DNA from: Vulcanimicrobiota bacterium
Lineage (GTDB): Bacteria; Vulcanimicrobiota; Xenobia; Xenobiales; JADMJV01
Direction of reading: 5' to 3'
Assembly (NCBI GenBank): GCA_050250895.1
Contig: JBFWNU010000003.1
Location: 96,001-160,000 of the forward strand
DNA length: 64,000 bases
The notes beneath the pieces were generated by a model. The model was not told the origin of the DNA and made no database searches. It saw only the letters and a program-made list of their open reading frames with translations. A program made the translations under genes and the position numbers. Below, in pieces: positions 28,753 to 38,090 of this stretch. Position 1 is the stretch's first letter; each line of letters starts with the position of its first letter.

Positions 28753-31700
28753 TCCTGCTGGCGAGTGACGCTGAAGTCACCCACCGTGACCTGCTCGGCG
28801 TCCATGTCTAAAGACAGATCTTTCTGGCTGTTCATGGCCTCGGCCAGGGCGATGACTTCGGTTACGGCTTTGAGTTCGGCGGCCAGCGAACTGCCGTTGG
28901 CAACCTTCTGGGCGATGGTGCTGTAGAGCGAGGATTGCTCGGGGGTGCTGTCGGCCAGCCAGCTCAAGATAGGCTTGGCAGCGCGATTCTGCTTGTCGGT
29001 CTCGGCCAGCTTGAGGCCTAGCTTGAGATACTCGCTCGGTCGGCTGGGCGGGGCCTCTTCGGCTAGGACGGTGGTGGCTAAACCGAGTTCTTTGGCTGTG
29101 GCCAGACGCGCCGCAAGCTCGCCGAGCCACCTCTTCTCGGGGCTGCCCGACAGATTGCGGGCAGCCGCGGCCATGACGATCCCCTGGGACTCGGTGTAGT
29201 TGTAAGCGTCGTTCCGGCTGCGGATGCGTTGCATCACATGCTGATAATACTCCTGGACCGACTGGTCGGGATTAGCGGCCGCTTCACGTAAGGCCAGCAG
29301 CCGGACCGTTTCCTGTTGGAGTTGCTGGTTAAGCGTGTCGACCACCGGAGCCAGGGGATTCGAGCCGACGGCCATCAGCCGTTGCAGCACACCCGTCCCC
29401 AGACTCTCGGCGAGCTTGGTGCCCAATTGCTCGGGGTCGTGGCCCTGCTCGAGCAGGGTCCTGGCCAGCAGACGCCGCTCGGAATCGTTCGGTTTGCCCT
29501 GGAGCAACTGGTCGAGCAGCGAGGCCGAGTCGGCCTGGTGTCCTTTCACGGCGGCCACCAACAAGTTTGCCTGGGCGTTGCGATAGTCGTAGGCATTGCT
29601 GCGCTGGTTGATGCTCGCATCGGCGGCCAGGGCCAGCGTCACGACCGACGCGCTCGGGTCCTTGGCGCTCGCCCTGAGGAATTCGCTCTTGACCACGCCC
29701 TCGAGCTGGGCGGCCAGGCTCAGCGCTGGTGTTAGCGTCGGCTGGTTGGTGGCCAGATCTTGTAGCAAAGCAGTCAGGGCCGCGTCGGACGCGCTCCAGT
29801 TGGCCATCTGCCTGGTAAACTCGGCGAGCTTGCCGGGGGTGGAAAGATCCGGCGATTCGAGCAGGTAGTCCAGCATCCGTCCATTGGCGTAAGTTTCGTG
29901 AAGCTTGTGGGCGCGGTCCACCGTGTCGGGATGGCTCGGTCTGAGGGTGTCCAGGGCCGCCAGTTGCACCTTAGCCAACTCACCCCGATAGTTGTAGGCG
30001 TCGTTGCGTTGGGCCACTTGCCGACTGACGGCCAGGGCTAGCTGGGTGGGGCTGTCATCAGGATGGGCGAAGGCCTCTTGGTAAACGATTCGCTGGATGA
30101 GTTGATTCTCGCAGGCCTGATCGAAGCGCTGGGCGGTGGCGAGCAACTTGCCGCCCTGAGCGGCAACCGCCTCGGCTAACCGGCGAGTGGATTCGAGGGA
30201 AAGACGCTGACTGGCAAAGGCCCCGAAATCGTTGAGCTGGTCCAGGTTGCCAAGCTCGGGGTGCTCGAGTAGCCGGGCGTAGATGTCGGGACGCTTGTTC
30301 TCGCTCAGGCTCTGGGCCATCTGGTTGGCCTGACCGTAGCGCTCGGCCGGAGCCGCCGCCAGCGCTTGTTTGAGTAGCGTCGCCACGGCCTGGCTGTGTT
30401 CATAGCTGTTGTTGAGCTGGTTGACGGCTCGATGGGTGGCCAGGGCCATTTCTACCCCATTCGCTGTGGGCTTTAAGAGGGTCTGCTTGCGCAACTCGCG
30501 CAGCACCACCGGGTCGGCCGGCACCACGAGTTCGCGGTAACTTGCCATGGTGGCCCGGGTTGCCTGATCGCCCTCGAGCAGATCGATCGCGCCTTCCAGG
30601 CAGCGGTCATTGGCGTAGCTATTGGCGATGAAGGTCGCCAGCCGTTGGCGTCCTTCGGGAGTGTCGGCGATGGGAGCTTCGAGCAGATGGCGCAGCCAGC
30701 GAATCTCGTTGGTGGACTCCGGGTTGCCTAAGAGGTCGTAGAGTTTGAGGTTGTAAGCATAGTCGGGATGGCTACTCATCTCGGCCATGCCTTTTCGCAG
30801 CACCTTCGTGAGGTCCCCGTAGTGGTTGTAGCTCGAGGACCAGCTCGAGACTTCGTCGGCGGCGCCCACCGCCAGTTGGGCGGGGTTGGCGTCCGGATGG
30901 GCGTAAGCCTGGCGATAGACGGCCGCTCCGGGCGTGCCTGCTCCAACGGCCAGCTTGGCGGCCGCTTCCATGGTGGGGCGATACTCGGGCGTCTCGGCCA
31001 CCAGAGCAGCCAGTCGCTTGTGTAAGTCTAGCTCGTTGCGCCTGCCCAGCGAACTCCTGGCGACATCCAGCCAGGTGGTCTGGGGCTCGCGCAAGAGCTG
31101 ACTATAGAAGCTGACTTTGCCGCTATCGTCGAGGACAGAGTCGAGCTGGTTCGCCCGGTCGGCCAGACCTTCCATCTTGACGCCGTTGGCCAGTTGGCGG
31201 GCCCGAGAGGCAAAGTGATTGTAGGCCGAGTTGCCCTGGCTGACCTCGGCCTCGACCGCCAGGGCCAGGCGGCCGGGCGGGGCGTCGGGATTGGCCAGAG
31301 CTTTGCGAGCCAGCGCCAGCTTGATCTGGTCGTCACAACCCTCGCTCAACCCCTTCACTCGATCGGCTAGCGAGTCGAACCCCGCCATCTTCGAGAGGGC
31401 CTGTAGGAAGCTCTCGGCGCTGGCCTGACCTAACGAGTTCGCCAGGGTGGCCACCACCCGGCGCTGGTCCTGGGGGGTCTCGAGACGCTGGTCTTGCAGC
31501 ACCCGACGGCAGACGCTGAGGCGTTCGCTGTCGCCGCCTTCGGGCTTGAGCCAGGTCACGATTTCGGCCCCGGGGCCCGCGCCTTCCAGGCAGGCGACCG
31601 CGAGCAGTTTCGCCCGGTCAGCGTTCCACTGATAGGAGTATTGCCACTGGCCGATTTCTTGCTCGGTCCTGACAGCCCACTCGCGCATGCCCGCCTCGGG

Positions 31701-32942
31701 GTCTTTGCGCACGACCCGGGCCAGCACCTCACGAATGCGGGGATTCTTGCTGGCCTCGAAAAGCTTGTGGACCGAACCCTGGCCGCGAGCGAGCATGGCC
31801 GAGCGGGTCATCTCGACCGCGTCTTCTCCTTTGACCCGGTCGGCCAGGGCCAGCGACTGGTCGGGCTCGGCGAGTTCGGGTTGGGCCAACAGAGCGGCCG
31901 CCATCGAGACCTTGCCCGCCGCCCCCAGCGAAGCGTTTTGATAGAGCTTGCAGGCGTTGGCATAGGCCGGCTCGGCGGCCAGAGCGGCCATGGCCCGGTC
32001 GGCGACCTGCCCGTATTCTTCGGGCTTTTTAGCCTCTTCCAGCACCCTGGCCACCAGCGCCGCTCGAGCGGCAGCGGTGACCTCGGTGCGATAAGGCAAG
32101 GCGTTGGCCAGCACGGCGACGCGGGCCGCCTGGGGCACACCCTCGCTCAATCCGGCCGCAAAGCCGCACATCGAGGCATATTTCGGGTGAGCGGCCAGCA
32201 CCGGCACCAGGTCTGACGATGGGTTGCCTGCCAGAGTGCCCTGGTGGAGCTGAAAAGCCCTCTGGGCCAGGCTCAGCTCTTCGGTGGCGGCGCGAAAAGT
32301 CTCGAACTCTTGCAACTGTTGGCGATCGAAGCTGCCGTCTGGGCTCTCGTACCAGGCTTCGTCGGCCTTGCCGACCCAGGCCGGACGACCGGCCGCATTG
32401 GCCTGGACATAGGCAGTAGTGGGCTTTTGCTGACTGCCGAACAGGCGATAGCCGTCACTTTCCAGGCTGGCCAGGGGATGGGAGCCGGTATAGAAGCGGT
32501 GGACCTTTTCCAGTTCGTGACCATCAGCCACCACCAGCGGCAGGCCTGCTCGCATCAGGGTTAGTTCCTTCAGGCCGTGGGCCGGATCGGTAAGGCTATT
32601 GTAGGCGCCATAGAGCCCCACCTCGGCGCTGGTTCCGTCGAGCTTCGCGTGAAAGCGAAAGCCTTGCCCGGCCAGCTCTTCGAGCTTGCTAGCCAGCCCC
32701 TTCTGGGTCGAGTTGACGGTCAGGTTTTGGACTTCGCCCAGGTCTTCACTGGTGCGCAGCGGCAGGCGCACCTGGCTGTCGGGTGGCTGCACCAGCAGTT
32801 TGTCGGTGTTGGGGTGGCTGCCGAGATACTGCTCGACCTGAGCGGGAGCGACCTCCTTATAGGCGTCCATCAGCCAGGGCACGTAAAATGCCTTCTTCTG
32901 GAAAAACCGGACCTGGCCCGGGTCCTGTGGGTTGATCCTCAC
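28749..32942 (-). CDS. 1397-aa alpha-helical repeat protein, paralog 2, with the shared C-terminal motif
   Basis: Collinear with 19812..24023; ends LDMDAEQVTVGDFSVTRQQD. Confidence 0.9.
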   Translation of the reverse strand: MRINPQDPGQVRFFQKKAFYVPWLMDAYKEVAPAQVEQYLGSHPNTDKLLVQPPDSQVRLPLRTSEDLGEVQNLTVNSTQKGLASKLEELAGQGFRFHAKLDGTSAEVGLYGAYNSLTDPAHGLKELTLMRAGLPLVVADGHELEKVHRFYTGSHPLASLESDGYRLFGSQQKPTTAYVQANAAGRPAWVGKADEAWYESPDGSFDRQQLQEFETFRAATEELSLAQRAFQLHQGTLAGNPSSDLVPVLAAHPKYASMCGFAAGLSEGVPQAARVAVLANALPYRTEVTAAARAALVARVLEEAKKPEEYGQVADRAMAALAAEPAYANACKLYQNASLGAAGKVSMAAALLAQPELAEPDQSLALADRVKGEDAVEMTRSAMLARGQGSVHKLFEASKNPRIREVLARVVRKDPEAGMREWAVRTEQEIGQWQYSYQWNADRAKLLAVACLEGAGPGAEIVTWLKPEGGDSERLSVCRRVLQDQRLETPQDQRRVVATLANSLGQASAESFLQALSKMAGFDSLADRVKGLSEGCDDQIKLALARKALANPDAPPGRLALAVEAEVSQGNSAYNHFASRARQLANGVKMEGLADRANQLDSVLDDSGKVSFYSQLLREPQTTWLDVARSSLGRRNELDLHKRLAALVAETPEYRPTMEAAAKLAVGAGTPGAAVYRQAYAHPDANPAQLAVGAADEVSSWSSSYNHYGDLTKVLRKGMAEMSSHPDYAYNLKLYDLLGNPESTNEIRWLRHLLEAPIADTPEGRQRLATFIANSYANDRCLEGAIDLLEGDQATRATMASYRELVVPADPVVLRELRKQTLLKPTANGVEMALATHRAVNQLNNSYEHSQAVATLLKQALAAAPAERYGQANQMAQSLSENKRPDIYARLLEHPELGNLDQLNDFGAFASQRLSLESTRRLAEAVAAQGGKLLATAQRFDQACENQLIQRIVYQEAFAHPDDSPTQLALAVSRQVAQRNDAYNYRGELAKVQLAALDTLRPSHPDTVDRAHKLHETYANGRMLDYLLESPDLSTPGKLAEFTRQMANWSASDAALTALLQDLATNQPTLTPALSLAAQLEGVVKSEFLRASAKDPSASVVTLALAADASINQRSNAYDYRNAQANLLVAAVKGHQADSASLLDQLLQGKPNDSERRLLARTLLEQGHDPEQLGTKLAESLGTGVLQRLMAVGSNPLAPVVDTLNQQLQQETVRLLALREAAANPDQSVQEYYQHVMQRIRSRNDAYNYTESQGIVMAAAARNLSGSPEKRWLGELAARLATAKELGLATTVLAEEAPPSRPSEYLKLGLKLAETDKQNRAAKPILSWLADSTPEQSSLYSTIAQKVANGSSLAAELKAVTEVIALAEAMNSQKDLSLDMDAEQVTVGDFSVTRQQD

Positions 32943-32970
32943 CTGCCCATTGTGGTCGGTGGGGCTGAAA
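32943..32970 (-). promoter_or_regulatory. TTTCAG-N10-CACAAT-N6-GTG element
   Basis: Recurrent motif. Confidence 0.6.
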
Positions 32971-33077
32971 CTTTCCTGAAGGGCGTGGCGGCCGGGCTGG
33001 TCGGCGCGGGCCCGATGGATAAACCGCAGAGTTTAGGAGGCGCGGAGAGAGGAGGTCGGTCTATCGCGGCATGGTGA

Positions 33078-33341
33078 CTTTTGGACTCCGGGCGCGGGCA
33101 CTCTTTCGACAACGTGGTCACCTATCTGCCCGCCGAGAAGGTGCTCTTTGGAGGCTGTCTGCTGAAAGCGCGGGGGGCCGGCAAAGGCAACCTGGCCGAT
33201 GCCGACGTGGCCGCCTGGCCCACCACCGTGGCCGCCGTGCGCCAGGCCTTTGCCGAGGCCGAGTTCGTGGTGCCCGGTCACGGCCGCTGGGGAGGACCCG
33301 AGTTGCTCGACTACACCATCGAGATGTTCTCCCAGCCTTAG
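33078..33341 (+). pseudogene. C-terminal fragment of a subclass B1 metallo-beta-lactamase
   Basis: GHSFDNVV...VLFGGCLLK...GNLADADVAAWP...VVPGHG present; HxHxD half absent; apparent frameshift at PGAG/H. Confidence 0.8.
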
Positions 33342-33529
33342 CCCCTGGCTTCGGCCAGGGCCTCCGGTGGGAGCCGGAGGAAAAATAGGAAGGGAGGCAG
33401 TCCCATGCGTTTGCGACGTCGTCGTGACTGCTCTCCCCTGGGCGGGATCATCACCCTCGGTTTGATCACCTCTCGATGAGGTAATTTGGGGTTGTCCTGG
33501 GCGGCGGTCGAGGGCTGTCGCCCCTCTCC

Positions 33530-34063
33530 TTATTGCCGAATGTAGGCGTCGACCTGGTTGGCCATCTTGTCGGCGGTCTTGGCGCGGTTGATGCTGACGT
33601 CCTGGATGATTTCGAAGATCTTGGTCTGAACGTCCTGTTGGATCTTCCAGCGCTGGGCCTGCTGCTTTTGGGCGTCGGCCTGGATCTGCGCCTGGATGGT
33701 CAGCACCTGCTGGATGGCCTGTTCTTGCGCCTGGCGGCGGCTGGCCCAGAGCGTCATGAGCGACTCGGGTGAGGCGCCCGACTGCATGGCTTGCAGCATC
33801 ATCGGGTCCATCCCGCCAAAGCTCTGGAGCATCGAAAGCATCGAGGGGTCTGCCCCGGGCAACTGGGGCAGGTTGAACGAGCGCAACGCGTCGATGTTGC
33901 CGAGGGTGTTGCCGAAGTAGGGGCGGTAGGCTCCCACCTGGCTGGGGTCCATTCCCCCCAGCAGGTCCATTTCTTCAACCAGGGCTCGCACCTCGGCGGC
34001 GCGTCCGCTGGCCTCCAATCCGGCGGTGGTCAAACTTCTGAGAGGCAGTCCCTGAACGTCCAT
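33530..34063 (-). CDS. Gln/Met-rich protein with long C-terminal amphipathic helix
   Basis: 177-aa ORF with strong codon bias; C-terminus RWKIQQDVQTKIFEIIQDVSINRAKTADKMANQVDAYIRQ. Confidence 0.8.
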   Translation of the reverse strand: MDVQGLPLRSLTTAGLEASGRAAEVRALVEEMDLLGGMDPSQVGAYRPYFGNTLGNIDALRSFNLPQLPGADPSMLSMLQSFGGMDPMMLQAMQSGASPESLMTLWASRRQAQEQAIQQVLTIQAQIQADAQKQQAQRWKIQQDVQTKIFEIIQDVSINRAKTADKMANQVDAYIRQ

Positions 34064-34279
34064 CCTGCTAAGCTTCCTTCCGAGAACTACTCTTCTATCG
34101 CGACAAGCTGGTTCAGAGTAAAGGGGCTTTTGTTGTTAAATTTTTGCAGCAGTCTGAATCTTTGGATTGCTTTTGTTTTGCTTGTTGGCCTCGTGGCTTT
34201 TTTGTGATCAGTTTTTGGTGTTTGGGAGTCGGGCTTGGGTTTTCGTGGGAGCACCGGGCAGGGCCGGTGAGCAGCGGGC

Positions 34280-35485
34280 TTAGCTTTCTTGCGACCAGAG
34301 AGCGGCCAACTCCAGCAGCACGTCGACGGCCGACTCCATCTCTTCGAGACACGCGAACTCGAGGCGCGAGTGGAAGTTGTGCATGCCGGTAGCCAGGTTG
34401 GGGGTGGGCAAGCCCTTTTCGCTCAGCTTGCTGCCGTCGGTGCCACCGCGGACCGACGAGAACTTCGGCTCGACTCCGCAGGCTTCATAGGCTTTAGAAG
34501 CGAGGGCCACGGCCCGGGGCTCTTTGGAGAGATACTCGGCCATGTTGCGATACTGTTCGCGCACGGTGATGTCGATGCGCGAGCCGGCGTGGCTGGCGGC
34601 TACTTTCTCGGCCGTCTCGCGCAGCAGCGCTTCTTGCGAGCGCAAGTCGCTGGCCTCGAAGCTGCGCAGGAGGATCTTGATTTTGACCTGCTCGACCCCG
34701 CCCTCGATGGTATAGGGGTGGACGAATCCCTCGCGGTCACGGGTGCGCTCGGGCGACAGATCGGGGGGCAGGGCGGCCAGGAAGGCTCCGGCCACGCGCA
34801 GGGCGTTGACCATGCGGTCATAGGCGAGTCCCGGGTGGATGTTGACTCCGGTTACCACCACCTCGGCCAGGTCGGCCGAGAAGGTCTCGTTCTCGATGAC
34901 TCCCGCTCCCTCGCCGTCGAGGGTGTAGGCGGCGGTGGCGCCGATGGCGTCCAGGTCGAGGTGCTCGGTGCCGCGCCCGATCTCTTCGTCGCAGGTGAAG
35001 ACCAGGCGGACCGGCCCCCGCGGTTTGTTCTCGGCCAGCAGCCGCGCGGCGGCCGTCATGACCACGGCTACGCCGGCTTTGTCGTCGGCGCCCAGGAGGG
35101 TGGTGCCGTCGGTGGTGATGATGGTCTTGCCTTGATAGGCGGGCGCTTCGAGCACGGCGGCGGGGTTGGCCGCCAGGGGCAGCTTGCCTCCGTCATAGTC
35201 GCGCACCACCTGGGGTTTGACCCCGGCGCCGCTGGCTTCGGGCGACGTGTCGAGGTGGGCCAACCAGGCGATGGTGGGGGCGTTGGGATGGGTGGCCGGA
35301 ACGGTGGCCATCACGATGCCCCGGTCGCTGACCGTTACGTCCTGCAGGCCGAGCTGGCGCAGCTCGTCGGCCAATAGGCGACCGAGTTCGAACTGGCCGG
35401 GCGAGCTGGGATAGTCGGTGGTGTCTTCGTTGGCGGTGGTTTCGACCTGGACGTAGCGACAAAAGCGCTCGAGTAGCTGATTCAT
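34280..35485 (-). CDS. pepT: Peptidase T (M20B tripeptidase)
   Basis: AHLDTS, TTDGTTLLGADDKAG, DEEIGRG, RGGTDG and HNFHS motifs. Confidence 0.95.
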   Translation of the reverse strand: MNQLLERFCRYVQVETTANEDTTDYPSSPGQFELGRLLADELRQLGLQDVTVSDRGIVMATVPATHPNAPTIAWLAHLDTSPEASGAGVKPQVVRDYDGGKLPLAANPAAVLEAPAYQGKTIITTDGTTLLGADDKAGVAVVMTAAARLLAENKPRGPVRLVFTCDEEIGRGTEHLDLDAIGATAAYTLDGEGAGVIENETFSADLAEVVVTGVNIHPGLAYDRMVNALRVAGAFLAALPPDLSPERTRDREGFVHPYTIEGGVEQVKIKILLRSFEASDLRSQEALLRETAEKVAASHAGSRIDITVREQYRNMAEYLSKEPRAVALASKAYEACGVEPKFSSVRGGTDGSKLSEKGLPTPNLATGMHNFHSRLEFACLEEMESAVDVLLELAALWSQES

Positions 35486-35520
35486 GCCGGCCCCTTCGCA
35501 GGCGGGCGGGCCAGGGCCTC

Positions 35521-35952
35521 TCAGAACATCAGCAGAGGACCGTTGACTCCGGCGCTCATCACGGTGGCTCCGGTCGAGGTCTTGTCGACTTCGATCAGTT
35601 CAGGCGGCGGAGGTGGCGGCGGGTCTTCGAGCGGTAGGGGCGACCGAGCGTCAAGTCGGCCGGCGAGCATGTCGAGTTCTGAGGGAGGGGCGGGGCGAGC
35701 GTCAACTCGGCCGGCCAGCATCTCGAGAGTCGAGATGCCATTGGGGTCGGGCGCCGGGATCGGGGGCACTTCCAGAAAAGGCTCGGGAGGCGGGGAGCTG
35801 TAGGCTGACGGTGTGTAGGTCTCGCCCACCGGCTCGGGTGGAGGTGGTGGCGGAGGTTCGGGAGGGGGCGGGGGAGGCGGAGGGGGCGTGTAGGCCCGCA
35901 CGTTCTCGTGGCGAGTGTTGAGAATTCTTGCCTCGAAGCCACCGAATGCCAT
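35521..35952 (-). CDS. Polyproline-rich protein with an internal duplication
   Basis: Poly-Pro runs; LEMLAGRVDARP / LDMLAGRLDARS repeat; fits between two same-strand genes. Confidence 0.6.
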   Translation of the reverse strand: MAFGGFEARILNTRHENVRAYTPPPPPPPPPEPPPPPPPEPVGETYTPSAYSSPPPEPFLEVPPIPAPDPNGISTLEMLAGRVDARPAPPSELDMLAGRLDARSPLPLEDPPPPPPPELIEVDKTSTGATVMSAGVNGPLLMF

Positions 35953-35989
35953 GAGTCCAGGATTCTCGCTCGAGCGGGATGTTCCTGGC

Positions 35990-36793
35990 TCACAGGCAAG
36001 ACAGCACGTAGGTCGGAGTGATGGCCTGGCTGGGGCCAGAGCTGACTCCGGTCAGTACCAGAGCGCTATCGAGGCCGGCTGCCCGGGCACCCTGGATGTC
36101 GGTCTCGAGCTGATCGCCCACCACCAGCGCCTGGCGGGTGCCAGCGCGTTCGATGGCCATTTGATAGAGGGCCGGCGAGGGCTTGCCCAGCCGCTCGAAA
36201 GTGGGAGGGTCGGGGTAGCGGCGGGCCAGGGCGGCCTCGAGCATCAGCGCCATGGCGCCAGCCGTGAAACCGAATCCACCCTGGCGGCGAGGATAGACCA
36301 GGTCGGGGTTTGGCACCACCAGGTGAGGACGCCGGCCGGAGTCGAGGGCGGCCACCAGTTGGCTGAGCAGCTCGTCCATGGATTCGAGAAAGTCGAAGCC
36401 GCGTTCATCGCCCAGCACCACCACCTCGAAGGGCTGGCCAGGTGCGACCGGGCTGCCTCCGGCCAGTTCGACGTAGCGCCGGCTGTCGTCGGGGCCGAGC
36501 ACCAGGCTGGGCGCGCCGGCCAGATCGTGGCGGGCAAAGTAGTCGGCCAGTAAAAGGCCCGACGTCAGGATGCGCTCGGGCTCGACCTCGAGGCCGCGCT
36601 CGAGAAAGTGGCGCGACGAGGTCTCGGGGGTCTTGGACGCGTCGTTGGTGATGATGTAGAACGCCTTGTCGCGAGCCCTCAGTTGGGACAGCAATTCGGC
36701 CGCGCCGGGAATGGGCCCGGCCGCGTCCACCAGCACGCCGTAGGCGTCCAGGAAAAGCGCCTGGTAACGGTCGAGCAGCTCGACGAGGGTCAC
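35990..36793 (-). CDS. HAD-IIA (NagD-like) hydrolase
   Basis: DAYGVL, TNDA, NPD, GKP, VGDQLETDIQGA and VLTG motifs. Confidence 0.92.
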   Translation of the reverse strand: MTLVELLDRYQALFLDAYGVLVDAAGPIPGAAELLSQLRARDKAFYIITNDASKTPETSSRHFLERGLEVEPERILTSGLLLADYFARHDLAGAPSLVLGPDDSRRYVELAGGSPVAPGQPFEVVVLGDERGFDFLESMDELLSQLVAALDSGRRPHLVVPNPDLVYPRRQGGFGFTAGAMALMLEAALARRYPDPPTFERLGKPSPALYQMAIERAGTRQALVVGDQLETDIQGARAAGLDSALVLTGVSSGPSQAITPTYVLSCL

Positions 36794-37791
36794 GGACCGC
36801 CCACCAGTTTGGCCTGTTCATTGGCCCAGGTTTTCAGCCAATCCGCGGGTTGGGCGGCCAGGGCCGCGCGATAGCTCTCCAGGGCCACTTGGGGGCGGCC
36901 CAGGCGGCGAGCCAGCTCGCCTCGCAAGTAGAGTAGATTGGCTCGGGAGGGGCCCTCGGCTTCGGGGGTCTCGAGGCCCGCTTCGAGTAGCTGCAGCACG
37001 CGTTCGAGATAGCTGCGCTCGTGGGCGATGCTGGCCGTGACCTGCTGCTCGAGTTGGGGTTGACGCATGGCCGCAACCAGGCGCGGTAGGGCCTGTTCGA
37101 GTTCACTCAATTCCCCGTGGGTGCGGAGCAAGAACCCCGCCAGGGTCGCCTGAGGACCGCTCAGCTCGGGCCCGGCCAGTAGCTGGCGGGCCATCTCGAC
37201 TTCGATGTCGGCCCGCCCCGCCTCGGTGTCGGGCTCGAGCGCTTGCAGGGCCGTCTTCCACTCTTCTTCTGAGAGCTGCCCGGCCAGGGGCGTGAAGGGG
37301 TTGTCCTCGAGGCGCACCGACCAGGCCGCGCGGTGAAGGAAGAGGGCCTGGGTCAGCACCGGGTCGTCCACCAGTTTGGATTGCTGAGCCATCAGGTCCC
37401 AACGCGCCCAGGCCGGCAGGCTCTGAAGCGAGTCGAGCCCTTCGGTGAAATAGGCGCGGGAAGGCCCGTTGGGAGTGATCGGTTGATGCTCGGGAAGCTT
37501 GAGTTCGGTCAGTCGCTTGAGCAGTTCGGGCGGGACCGGTTCTTCGAACAGCGAGGCATCGGACACGGTGTAGTGGCACTTGGGACAGGTGGCCGGCGTC
37601 AGCAGCAGGGCGAAGCCTCCGGCCGGGCGCTCGAGAAAGTCACGGTCCATTCCCCCGGCGTTGTTGCTGGTGTAGAGCACGGTCACGCTGACTTGCGTGC
37701 CGCAGGCTGGACAGGTCGCCTCTTCGACAGCCCCGGTGGTGGCCCAGGCGGGAAGCCACAACACCAGTAGTACTAGGAGTTTCCTCAACAT
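36790..37791 (-). CDS. DUF2225-like exported protein (Zn-binding CxxC pairs plus TPR)
   Basis: Signal peptide; CPACG...CPKCHY; YLRGELARRLG TPR-like end. Confidence 0.7.
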   Translation of the reverse strand: MLRKLLVLLVLWLPAWATTGAVEEATCPACGTQVSVTVLYTSNNAGGMDRDFLERPAGGFALLLTPATCPKCHYTVSDASLFEEPVPPELLKRLTELKLPEHQPITPNGPSRAYFTEGLDSLQSLPAWARWDLMAQQSKLVDDPVLTQALFLHRAAWSVRLEDNPFTPLAGQLSEEEWKTALQALEPDTEAGRADIEVEMARQLLAGPELSGPQATLAGFLLRTHGELSELEQALPRLVAAMRQPQLEQQVTASIAHERSYLERVLQLLEAGLETPEAEGPSRANLLYLRGELARRLGRPQVALESYRAALAAQPADWLKTWANEQAKLVGGP

Positions 37792-37898
37792 GCCGCTGAC
37801 TTCACTGCCAAGGCGGCTTCCCCTCCGCCCCGTCCTGGCAACAAACCTGACATAAAACGTGAGCAGATCGTTAACATGCCCGAACTAGGGTAGCACCT

Positions 37899-38090
37899 AT
37901 GAACTCTGCTCTTTGTGAACCAACCGTATATCGTCTTGAGGAGTTTCGGGTGATTTGCGCCTGGTGCCACTCCATCATCCAGTCTCCGACCTGTTGTCGT
38001 GGCGAGGTGCCCGAGTCTCACGGCGTGTGCCGCCGCTGTGCCATCAACATGGGCCTGCCGGCCCATTTGCTCGACCGTCAGTCCGCCTGA
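37899..38090 (+). CDS. Small zinc-binding protein
   Basis: ICAWC...SHGVCRRC; TAGGGT 7 bp before ATG. Confidence 0.6.
   Translation: MNSALCEPTVYRLEEFRVICAWCHSIIQSPTCCRGEVPESHGVCRRCAINMGLPAHLLDRQSA

Noticed and set aside
34064-34135. Sigma28 promoter upstream of the Gln-rich gene
   Set aside because: Only a partial GCGATA match, with no TAAA at the right spacing.
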